From the NCBI GenBank assembly GCA_963815945.1, contig CAWFIN010000006.1:20166-84165 (forward strand): a stretch of DNA of 64,000 nt. The letters are read 5' to 3'. Under the pieces are notes generated by a model that worked only from the letters and a program-made list of their open reading frames with translations, had not been told where the DNA came from and did no database searches. Both the position numbers and the translations under genes were made by a program. Positions 1 to 8,439 of the stretch are shown here, piece by piece (the first letter of the stretch is position 1; every line of letters begins with the position of its first letter). This DNA comes from an uncultured Actinomycetes bacterium. GTDB taxonomy: Bacteria > Actinomycetota > Thermoleophilia > Gaiellales > Gaiellaceae.

Positions 1-1
1 G

Positions 2-898
2 ACGCACACCGCCGCCCGCGTCGCGATCCCGCTCGACGGCAACGGCACCGACTCCGTGTCGAACGCCGCGCTCAAGACGCTCCGCGACGGAGATCCTGCC
101 GGCGACGATCGGCACGCTCCCGGGCGCGACCTACGCGGTCACCGGCGGCACGGCGGCGTCGGCCGACGCGAACGCGCTGCTCAAGCGCTCGTGGCCGCTC
201 GTGTTCGGCTTCGTGCTCACCTTCGCGTTCATGCTGCTGCTGATCTCGTTCCGCTCGATCGTGATCGCGATCAAGGCGATCGTGCTGAACCTGCTCTCGG
301 TGGGCGCCGCGTACGGCGTGCTCGTCGCCGATCTTCCAGTACGGCTGGGGCGAGAACATCCTGAACTTCCAGTCGCAACGGCGGGATCGCGTTCTGGCTC
401 CCGATCTTCATGTTCGTGATCCTGTTCGGGCTCTCGATGGACTACCACGTCTTCATCCTCAGCCGTGTCCGCGAGGCGTACGACCGCGGCATGACGACCG
501 GGGACGCGGTCGCCCACGGGATCAAGACCACGGCCGGCGTCGTCTCGAGCGCAGCGCTCGTGATGGTCGGCGTGTTCTCGATCTTCGCCACGCTGCCGAT
601 CGTCGACATGAAGGAGATGGGCATCGGCCTCGCAGCCGCCGTCCTGATCGACGCGACGATCGTCCGCGCAGTGCTCCTGCCGGCCACGATGAAGCTGCTC
701 GGCGACTGGAACTGGTACCTGCCGAGCTGGCTCGGCTGGCTTCCGAAGCTCGAGCATGCCCCCGAGACGAGCTCCGAGCCGATCCCCGGTCACGAGCTCG
801 GTGCCGGAGCCCGTCGCCGCGTAGGACGACAAGGCAGAGGATGGACGTGCGGGGCCGCCGGAAGGCGGCTCTCGCTCCCGTCACCGCTTCAAGGGTGA
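2..898 (+). pseudogene. MMPL-family (RND superfamily) membrane transporter, C-terminal part; 5' end outside the window; frame broken at least 3 times
   Basis: Pieces in different frames join into a continuous MMPL-type sequence: AARVAIPLDGNGTDSVSNAALKTLRD | EILPATIGTLPGATYAVTGG..LVFGFVLTFAFMLLLISFRSIVIAIKAIVLNLLSVGAAYGVLVA | IFQYGWGENILNFQS | WLPIFMFVILFGLSMDYHVFILSRVREAY. Frame changes near 90, 330 and 375. The 3' end is uncertain (alternative stop near 822). Confidence 0.75.
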
Positions 899-985
899 GG
901 CGGAGTGGATCACTCCTCTGGACCACGCCGAGACGAACGCTTGACGCGTCCCGGCTGTCTTCGAATCGAAAGAAACGTGCTGGTG

Positions 986-1256
986 CTAGGCGTTCGCGTT
1001 CGTGTCAGAGCTGATCGCGAGCCACGTCACCGAGATGATCGCGACGAGCAGCGACAAGATCGCGCAACCCATCAGCCACTCTTTGCCGGCGCCGATCGCC
1101 GCGGCGACGAAGCAGCGAGGCGACGAGGCACGGAAGCCCGAAGCCGAGGAGCCAGCGGTTCTCCTCCGACGCGCCGGCGTCGGGACCTGTCGTAACGGCG
1201 TGGAGCGGGGCGGTCGCGTGCGGAGCGGCGACCACCGCAGTCGAGGCATTGCTCAT
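986..1256 (-). pseudogene. Small two-helix membrane protein, no family recognised, one frame change
   Basis: ATG 1256 is preceded by GGAAGGAG. MSNASTAVVAAPH..WLLGFGLPCLVASL continues after a shift near 1105 as FVAAAIGAGKEWLMGCAILSLLVAIISVTWLAISSDTNANA. Confidence 0.4.
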
Positions 1257-1523
1257 GAAGTGGACTCCTTCCCTTGTTTTGCACACTCAAAATTACTTGC
1301 CGCGTCAACAACGTATGAAAGGCGTCAAGCGCCCTCGCAAGCCAAGTTCCGAACGCCACAAGACGCCATTCCGGGATGGCCCGGTCAGCGCGTCCGGGGG
1401 TCGCCAGCCGCCTTCGAGCGAAGAGTTCGTGCCTTCGTGCACAAACGGACAGAGACGGCGCGGCCGCAACCGTTTTCGTCGCTCCGGTTGGTCCCGCGCG
1501 ACCGGCGACCGAGACCGTAAGCT

Positions 1524-2270
1524 GTGCCCGTGGCGAAGAAGCCCAGCACGCCTCGGCCTCCCCGCCCGGTCCAGGCGCCGATGCGCCGTGACAAGAAGCC
1601 CTCAGGTGGCGGGTCGTCTCTCGGGTCGATTCCGAAGTGGGTCTGGCTCGTGGTCGTCGTCGTCGTCATCGCTGCGATCGCCGGCGCCGGGTTCGCTCTT
1701 TCAGGAGGAAGCAGCAAGAGCGCGAGCACGACGAACGTCAAGGACACGATGGTCGCGGCCGGCTGCACGTACAAGGACGTCAAGCCGTTCCCACCGAAGG
1801 ACAAGGCGAACTTCCACAACGACGTCCCGACCCTGACGAGCAAGGTGAAGTGGTCGACGTTCCCGCCCGCGGCCGGCGGCCACTACGGGCGCTGGGCGGT
1901 CTGGGGCTTCTACACGAGCCCCGTGAACCCGCGCCAGGTCGTGCACAACGAGGAGCACGGCGGCGTCGTCCTGTGGTGGGGGCCGAAGGTCGCGGCCTCG
2001 ACCGTCGACAAGCTCCAGTCCTTCTACACCGCAAGCCCGGCAGCGATGTTCGGAACTCCGATCGCCGCGCTCGGCGACAAGGTCGCCATCACCGCGTGGA
2101 CGGGCAACCCGGCGCACTACTACAAGAACGGCGACTACGGCATCGGCCACATCGCGGTCTGCCCGGGATTCGACAAGGCTGCGTTCACGACGTTCCGCGA
2201 CGCGTTCCGCGGCAAGGGCCCCGAGGGGCTCCCGACCTCGGCCGACCTGCCCGGCATGGGCCCGCAGTAG
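1524..2270 (+). CDS. DUF3105 domain-containing membrane-anchored protein
   Basis: Intact 248-aa ORF. Basic Pro-rich tail, one TM helix (WVWLVVVVVVIAAIAGAGFAL), then a domain with HNEEHGGVVLWWG and AITAWT motifs as I recall for DUF3105 proteins. Confidence 0.75.
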   Translation: MPVAKKPSTPRPPRPVQAPMRRDKKPSGGGSSLGSIPKWVWLVVVVVVIAAIAGAGFALSGGSSKSASTTNVKDTMVAAGCTYKDVKPFPPKDKANFHNDVPTLTSKVKWSTFPPAAGGHYGRWAVWGFYTSPVNPRQVVHNEEHGGVVLWWGPKVAASTVDKLQSFYTASPAAMFGTPIAALGDKVAITAWTGNPAHYYKNGDYGIGHIAVCPGFDKAAFTTFRDAFRGKGPEGLPTSADLPGMGPQ

Positions 2271-2288
2271 CGAGCCCGCGCTTCTTCG

Positions 2289-3305
2289 TTAGCTGCTGGG
2301 GAGCTCGCCGAGCGTGACGCTGACCGTCGCCGCTCGTCCCCGACTGGTGCGTGATCGTCAGCTTGACGGTCTGACCCGGGTGGAAGCCTGCGAGCACCGA
2401 TCCGAGATCGTCCGAGTTCGCCGTCGGCTTCCCGTTGATCGCCGTGATCACGTCGCCGACCGTGACGCCCGCCTTGGCTGCGGGGCCGCCCGCGGTCACC
2501 GCACCGACGTAGACGCCGCTGCCGGTGTCCCCGATCTGGACACCGAGGTAGGCACGGCCGGAGCTGGTCACGTGGCCGGTCTTCGCGATCTGGCCCGCGA
2601 TGTCTCACGACGGTGTTGCTCGGAATCGCAAAGCCGATCCCGGCCGCCGCGCCGCCGAACTGCGGATCCTGCTGCGGCGAGCGTCGGGATCCCGATCACG
2701 CGGCCCTGGATGTCGACGAGGGCGCCGCCGGAGTTGCCGGGGTTGATCGGAGCGCTCGTCTGGATCGCGTTCTGGAGCGTGACGCCGTTGCCCTCAGGCT
2801 CCTGTCGGTTGAGCGCGCTGACGATTCCCTCGGTGACACTCGAGCTGAGCCCGAGCGGGTTACCGATCGCCATCGCGATCTCGCCCACGTTGATCTTGGA
2901 CGGAGTCGGCGAACGTCGCCGGGTCGAAGCCCGGCGCCGCCGTCGACCTTGATCACCGCGAGGTCGTCCGCCGCGAACTCGCCGACCAGCGTCGCCTTCA
3001 GCTGCTTGCCCGTCGAGGTCGTCACCGTGAAGCTCGTCGACGCCGCTGACGACGTGGTCGTTCGTGACGATGTAGCCCTTCGAGTTGAAGACGATCCCGG
3101 ATCCCAGGCCGCTCGACGTGCGAATCTGCACGACGGACGGCGAAACCTTGCGAAAGACGTTGATGTAGGTCGCCTGGAGCGCTGACGCCGTCGCGGGCGC
3201 CACCGCAGCCGAGGTCGCAGACGAGTGCTTGGTCGTGAAGCCGACTGTGAAAACGACGAGGGCGGCGGCCGATAGGACGATCAGGGGAATCCGGTAACGG
3301 GTCAT
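2289..3305 (-). pseudogene. HtrA/DegP-like trypsin-type serine protease with C-terminal PDZ domain; frame broken about 5 times
   Basis: TM anchor [18 protein letters not shown]; catalytic-triad contexts [21 protein letters not shown]; PDZ (YLGVQIG..GDVITAINGKP..VKLTI). The true end GRAATVSVTLGELPSS-TAA is at 2289. Frame changes near 3030, 2935, 2668, 2607 and 2340. Confidence 0.85.
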
Positions 3306-3338
3306 GCTTCAGTTGTACCGGCGGCCCCTTGGACCCAC

Positions 3339-4027
3339 CTAAGAAGTTTTCCGCACGTTTGTCAGACCGGCGCCGACGTGACCAACGGGCGCGCCGTCGG
3401 CTGCTGCGACCCGCCCATGCGGCTCGACCGTCACCGCCACGATCGCGCCGCTCGGGACCGGGTGACGAAGGCGAACGATCACCGTCTTGTCACCGGCTGC
3501 GAAGGTGCCGGCGGGGGTCGCCTTGCCGTCGACGATCACCCAGGCCTCGTAGGTCTTCCCCGCGGGCGCCGAGGCCATGTTCGTGACGACCATCGTCCCC
3601 TCTCCTCCCGGTCCGACCACGACGGAACCTGTCGCTCCATGCAGGAGGACGCTTCGCAACGCCTGATGCGATCGGTCGAGGCTGCTGCGAAGGGCGATGT
3701 TCCAGATCCCGAGCCCGACGGCGGCGACGCTCGCAGCGACCGCAAGCACGCGGATGGCGACGTCGGTTCGAGACCGAGCACGAAGAGGAATGACGTTCGA
3801 CCGCTCGGCGCCGGCCGCTGCGAGGATCCTGGCACGGAGCGCCGGAGGCGGCTCCGCGGGCTCGACGGCAAACGCGAGCGCGCCGGCCGCAGCTGTCAAC
3901 GACGCGAGCTCGGCCTGACAGTCCGGGCAGCGCGCGAGATGCTCCTCGTACGCGGCGCGCGTCCGCCGGGTCGAGTGCATCGAGCGCGTACGCCGGCCGT
4001 CAGTTCGTGGAGGGCGTCGTTGCCCAC
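3339..4027 (-). pseudogene. rskA: Anti-sigma-K factor, RskA type (zf-HC2 N-terminus, one TM helix, RskA C-terminal domain); two frame changes near the 5' end
   Basis: GTG 4027 follows GGAAAGGAG. VGNDALHELTAG | YALDALDPAD | AAYEEHLARCPDCQAEL, with shifts near 4003 and 3955. TM helix VAIRVLAVAASVAAVGLGIW. C-terminal GKTYEAWVIVDGKATPAGTF..VAVTVEPHG. Overlaps the end of the sigma gene. Confidence 0.75.
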
Positions 4028-4593
4028 GTTTCTCCTTTCCCGGGCGCCTCGAGCAGCTCGTGCAGGCGGGTCAGCCCTGCGAACATGCGGCTCTTGATCG
4101 TACCGAGCGGCTGGCCGAGTCTCTCCGCGAGCTCGGACTGTGTGAACCCTCCGTAGTAGGCGAGCTCGAGCGCCTCGCGCTGGGGGTCGGGGAGCTGCTG
4201 CAGCGCCGCCTGAACCCGCTCGCGCTCGAGGCGAAGCCATGCCGCGTCTTCGGCGCTTCCCTCCGCCGTCGAGAGCGCCTCGCTGTCGAGCTGGTCGGTG
4301 CGCCGCAGGTTCTCGCGCCGGACGAGATCGACCGCACGGCGATGGACGAGCGTCAGGATCCAGGAGCTCGCGCGGCCGCGCTCGGGGATGAAGCGAGACG
4401 CGCCGCGCCAGATCGCGAGGAACGCGTCCTGGACCGCGTCCTCGGCGAGCGCCTCGTCGCGGAGGACGCGCAGCGCGAGCCCATACGCGGCCCGGCCGTA
4501 CCGGTCGTAGAGCTCGGCGAAGGCGAGGTCGTCCGCGCGCGCAGCAAGCGCCATGACGGCTTCGTCGGAGAGGTGTGCGAGGTCGCGTGCCAT
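4000..4593 (-). CDS. sigK: ECF (group IV) sigma-70 factor, SigK-like by pairing with RskA
   Basis: 197 aa from ATG 4593. Region 2 is FAELYDRYGRAAYGLALRVLRD..AVQDAFLAIW. Region 4 HTH is REALELAYYGGFTQSELAERLGQPLGTIKSRM. Lies immediately upstream of the anti-sigma gene. Confidence 0.85.
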   Translation of the reverse strand: MARDLAHLSDEAVMALAARADDLAFAELYDRYGRAAYGLALRVLRDEALAEDAVQDAFLAIWRGASRFIPERGRASSWILTLVHRRAVDLVRRENLRRTDQLDSEALSTAEGSAEDAAWLRLERERVQAALQQLPDPQREALELAYYGGFTQSELAERLGQPLGTIKSRMFAGLTRLHELLEAPGKGETWATTPSTN

Positions 4594-4728
4594 CGATTCC
4601 GGATTCTCACGTCCGATTCGGCGCCGCGCGCGAATCGGTTCGCCTCGGTCCGAACCGGCTCGTCCTTCGGCGCGAATGGTGAGCGGCTCGCACCCGCGGG
4701 CAAGACGACAAACGGAGGGATCCAAGAG

Positions 4729-5313
4729 ATGACTGACACCACCCGCGCACAGTTCCTCACCCGCGCCAGCAAGGGCGGCCTCGCGCTCGTTGCCGGTGGC
4801 ACCGTGCTCGGTCTCGTGGAGGGAACCGCGTTCGGCAAGGGCATAGCCGACTCCGACATCGCAAAGCTGGCCGCGACCGCCGAACTGCTCGCGATCGACT
4901 TCTACGCCCGCGCGATCGCGTCCAAGAAGCTGACCGGCGACGAGCTTTCGTATCTCGTCGGAGCGAAGGCGAACGAGGTCGCCCATTACAACGCGCTCAA
5001 GGGCGTCCTCAAGACAGCGACGCCGGCCGGGCTCAAGTTCAAGTACCCGAGCGGATCGTTCTCGTCGCGCACGAACATCGGCAAGCTCGGCGAGGCGCTC
5101 GAGACCGCTTTCGTCGGCGCCTACATGGGGGCGGTCACGGCCTTCTCGAGCAACGAGTTGAAGGGTGTCGCAGCCGAGATCGGGGCATGCGAGTCGCGCC
5201 ACCTGAGCGTCCTGACGAACATCGGCGAGGGGGCGATCGTCCCGGCGCCTGATCTGCCGAAGGTCTTCACGGCCGCCCAGGCGACGGCCGCGGTAACCCC
5301 CTTCATCGCCTAG
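4729..5313 (+). CDS. Ferritin-like domain protein with twin-arginine-type signal
   Basis: ATG 4729 follows GGAGGGA. Signal TRAQFLTRASKGGLALVAGG. Helical repeats AATAELLAIDFYARAI, ETAFVGAYMGAV, GACESRHLSVL. Divergent from sigK. Confidence 0.65.
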   Translation: MTDTTRAQFLTRASKGGLALVAGGTVLGLVEGTAFGKGIADSDIAKLAATAELLAIDFYARAIASKKLTGDELSYLVGAKANEVAHYNALKGVLKTATPAGLKFKYPSGSFSSRTNIGKLGEALETAFVGAYMGAVTAFSSNELKGVAAEIGACESRHLSVLTNIGEGAIVPAPDLPKVFTAAQATAAVTPFIA

Positions 5314-5322
5314 TTGCGTTCC

Positions 5323-5698
5323 CTACTTCTTCTTCGCAACCACCGTCACCACGGCTTGCATGCCGAGCTGGCGGTGGTTCGCGATGCTGCACCAGAGGCG
5401 GTAGCGGCCAGGAGCAAGGCTGAGGCTCAGGTCGTAGTGGTCGCCCGGTTGCACCTGCGGGGTCGCGAACACACGCGTGCCGCCGACCCGCTGGAGCCGC
5501 AAGTCGTGCGGGTCCTCGCCGAAGTTCACGAGCTCGACGATCGCCGGGCCCGCCACCACCGAATGCCGTGACAGGACGAAGTAGAACTCCTTCGCGACAA
5601 CCTGGAGGCGCGCAGGAGCACGGCGGCGCAGAAGCTTGCGCGGCGGTGCCGGTGAGGAGCAGGGCCAGAGCCGCGAGCGCGGCGAGCGCATTCCTCAC
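5323..5698 (-). pseudogene. Secreted cupredoxin (type-1 copper site pattern); one frame change after the signal peptide
   Basis: GTG 5698 overlaps the DUF1501 stop (GTGA). Signal VRNALAALAALALLLTGTAAQASA, shift near 5640, then LQVVAKEFYFVLS..DPHDL..LWCSIANHRQLGM (H ... C-x4-H-x4-M). Confidence 0.7.
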
Positions 5699-7074
5699 TT
5701 GACGAGCGCCGGTCGCTGGTACGCGGCCGCGCCGGGAATGAGCGGGTTCGCGTCCGTGCCGAGCCACTGCTCGAGCAGAGCTGCGTACACCGCACGGAAG
5801 TCGCTGGTCGGAAGCAGGTTCCCCTGGGCGTCGAGACCACCGGTGAGGCCAGGGAACGTCCCGACCTGCTGCCCCTTCGCCCTCGTTCCGATGACGAATC
5901 CGACGCCGGCCGACCCGTGGTCGGTCCCGGCGGAGGCGTTCTCCGCCGCACGCCGGCCGAACTCCGACCAGACGTGCACGAGCACGCGGTCGGCGACGCC
6001 GCGCGACTCGAGGTCACGCTGGAAGGCGAGCAGCGAATCGGAGGTGAGCTGGAGCCCGCTGCTCAGCGTGCCCGCCTGCGTCGCATGCGTGTCGAAGTGG
6101 CCGGGCGAGGTGATCGACACGACGCGAAGCGGCAAGCCCTCGGCGATCATCTCCGCGAGGCCCGCGAGCCGGTGCGGGAACGGATCGGTCGTGGCCGGAT
6201 ACGCGACCGGGCTCTTGAAGCCGTACCGGAGCGAGCCGAGCTGCTGGTAGAGAGCGTTCGACTCGACCGCGATCGTGCCCGCCTGCTTCAGCCCCGCGTC
6301 GGTCGACTTGGCGTGGGCGGCACCGATGTTCGCGGACTCCTCGATGATCGACGACTCGAGGGGATGGGCCGGGAGGCCGGGCGCGGCGAACGTGTACTGG
6401 TCGGCCGCCTGGAGCGTCGCCACCGGCACCTTCGCCGTCGCGAGCGCCGGCTGGAGGGCGACGTCCAGCGTCAGGCCCTGCAGCGGGTTGTCCTGCGTGC
6501 CGACCGCGTCGAGGTACCGGCCCATCCAGCCGGTACGGAGGTTCGCGTCGGTCGCGCCGACCTCCCAGTAATGGCGGGATGTGAAATGGGACTTGTCGGA
6601 GTTCGCGTACCCGATCGCCGGCAGCACCGAAACCTTCCCCTCGCCGTGGAGGGTTGCGATGCCACTCGCGGCGGAATGCCAGCGAAGGCGGGCGTCCTCG
6701 GCGAAGGGCCGGCCCGAGCTCTGCGAGAGAGCCAGGGTCGGGCGGAGCGAGTAGTAGGCGGGGTCGCCGGCCGGGAACAGCACCGAGAGCGCGTCGATTC
6801 CACCCGCCAGGAAGACGGAGACGAGCACGCGCTGCGTCGACGGCGCGAGCGAGGCGGCTTGTGCGATCCCGTCGTCGAAGGCGTACGAGCTCAGGTTGGC
6901 GCCGCCGTAGACCGCGAGCGCGAGCCCCGCGGCACGCGACACGAAGCCGCGGCGGGTGAGGCCGGTGCCGGCCGGGAGCGGCATTCCCGGCTCGATCCCC
7001 GGCAGTCCACGCCCCGCCTCTGCGGTCGCCCGCCGCAGGAACTCCGTCCGGTTGCAGTCGCGGCAGTTGCTCAT
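5695..7074 (-). CDS. DUF1501 domain protein (sulfatase/alkaline-phosphatase-like) with Tat-type signal
   Basis: 459 aa from ATG 7074 (ATGA overlap with the DUF1800 stop). LTRRGFVSRAAGLALAVYGG; FLAGGIDALS; SPGHFDTH; WSEFGRR..GTDHG. The listed 659-aa ORF extends spuriously upstream. Confidence 0.85.
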   Translation of the reverse strand: MSNCRDCNRTEFLRRATAEAGRGLPGIEPGMPLPAGTGLTRRGFVSRAAGLALAVYGGANLSSYAFDDGIAQAASLAPSTQRVLVSVFLAGGIDALSVLFPAGDPAYYSLRPTLALSQSSGRPFAEDARLRWHSAASGIATLHGEGKVSVLPAIGYANSDKSHFTSRHYWEVGATDANLRTGWMGRYLDAVGTQDNPLQGLTLDVALQPALATAKVPVATLQAADQYTFAAPGLPAHPLESSIIEESANIGAAHAKSTDAGLKQAGTIAVESNALYQQLGSLRYGFKSPVAYPATTDPFPHRLAGLAEMIAEGLPLRVVSITSPGHFDTHATQAGTLSSGLQLTSDSLLAFQRDLESRGVADRVLVHVWSEFGRRAAENASAGTDHGSAGVGFVIGTRAKGQQVGTFPGLTGGLDAQGNLLPTSDFRAVYAALLEQWLGTDANPLIPGAAAYQRPALVK

Positions 7075-8372
7075 CAGGCGGTCTGGAGGTCGGGAGAGGA
7101 AGCGATCAACCGCCGCACGGCGGTCTCGACATCCGAGGCGAGGTTCTTGCGCGCAAGTTGCGCCTTGGCGAACCTGGTGACGAGGTCGCGTGTCTCGGGT
7201 GTGATCGTCGGGAAGCCCCAGAACTGGATCGAACGGTCGACGAGCTTCGCCGGATCGCTCGGAGAGTCGGTCGGCTGGCCGGCTCCCTGTACGAGCGCGG
7301 CGATGAACCAGCGCGCGCGGAAGGTCGCCGTGTCGAGCCAGCGGGTGTAGTCCCAGCCGCCGACATCGGGCGGGTAGAACAGCTGCTGCCCGGCCGACTG
7401 GCCGAGCGTCCACCAGGTCGAGGTGTCGATCCCACGCCCGCGCATGCGCAGGAGGCCGGCGTTGAACACGACCGGCGACTTGAGCATCCTCGGCCCGGTG
7501 TAGAGGGCCGGGTGCTTGAGGATCGCCTCCACGACCGGGAGGATCTGGCGCTGCGCATAGAGCGCCTGGAGCCCTGCAAGCGTGGCGGCGTCGTAGCGGA
7601 CGGGCACGAAGTAGCTCCAGAGCTTCGAGACGAAGAACGAGGGGTGCAGCTTGTGGTTCAGGCAGAGGTTGCACGAGTCGTGCCAGTCGTACGGGCCGCT
7701 CTGGCCGAAGATCGTCTTCGTGCCCGTGTCGTGCTGCCGAACGTCATAGGTGAACGGGGTGATCACTCCCTTGTTCACCGAGCCTCGCCAGCCGGTCAGT
7801 GCGCGGGCCTGCTCCCGCACGTCGGTCTCGGTGTACGCGCCACGGTTCGCGCCGAGAGTGAACAGCTCCATCATCTCGCGCCCGTAGTTCTCGTTGGGAT
7901 GTCCCTTGACGTTCTGGTTGCCGTTCAGCCAGACGAGCATCGCCGGATCCTGCGTCACCCCGACCAGCAGGTCGGCGAACGAGCCGAGGGCGTTCTGTCT
8001 GAACAACTCGTTCTGGTCGAGCATCAGCTTCTGCGACGACACTCCCTGGTTCGAGGTCGCAAACCAGCTGTGCCAGATGAGCGTCATGCGCTCGATAAGC
8101 GGCGCGGAGGTGCGCACCATCCGGTCGAGCCACCAGAGATGGTCGTGACCGTACGCGTCGTACGGAGCGATCGGCCTGCCTTTTTCGTCGTGCGGCTCGG
8201 GCCCGACGAGCTGGAGGCTGGCGGGATGGGTGAGCGAGGCGACCGCTGCGTCGAGGCCGAGCTTCGAGAGTTTTACCGCCTCGCCGGCGCGCGCGCCAAC
8301 CCCTGCGCGCCAGAGAAGCCGCTCCGCCTGCTCCTTGCCGAACGGACCGCTGTAGACGGGGACTCCGCTCAT
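7074..8372 (-). CDS. DUF1800 domain protein
   Basis: Intact 432-aa ORF with ERMTLIWHSWFATS, NENYGREMMELFTLG and DVREQARALTGW, as I recall for DUF1800. The usual partner DUF1501 is immediately downstream. Confidence 0.85.
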   Translation of the reverse strand: MSGVPVYSGPFGKEQAERLLWRAGVGARAGEAVKLSKLGLDAAVASLTHPASLQLVGPEPHDEKGRPIAPYDAYGHDHLWWLDRMVRTSAPLIERMTLIWHSWFATSNQGVSSQKLMLDQNELFRQNALGSFADLLVGVTQDPAMLVWLNGNQNVKGHPNENYGREMMELFTLGANRGAYTETDVREQARALTGWRGSVNKGVITPFTYDVRQHDTGTKTIFGQSGPYDWHDSCNLCLNHKLHPSFFVSKLWSYFVPVRYDAATLAGLQALYAQRQILPVVEAILKHPALYTGPRMLKSPVVFNAGLLRMRGRGIDTSTWWTLGQSAGQQLFYPPDVGGWDYTRWLDTATFRARWFIAALVQGAGQPTDSPSDPAKLVDRSIQFWGFPTITPETRDLVTRFAKAQLARKNLASDVETAVRRLIASSPDLQTA

Positions 8373-8385
8373 CGCACACGTCCTA

Positions 8386-8433
8386 CAGAGCAGACGTAAA
8401 GCATCTACACAAAGTACGTCAGAGCAACGTAAA
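8386..8433 (-). promoter_or_regulatory. Two near-identical direct repeats in the AT-rich spacer upstream of the DUF1800 operon (candidate operator/promoter element)
   Basis: Plus strand has CAGAGCAGACGTAAA (8386-8400) and CAGAGCAACGTAAA (8420-8433). On the coding strand these read TTTACGTCTGCTCTG and TTTACGTTGCTCTG, 34 nt apart, within the 67-bp gap between the ABC exporter stop and the DUF1800 start. Confidence 0.4.
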
Positions 8434-8439
8434 TACCTG

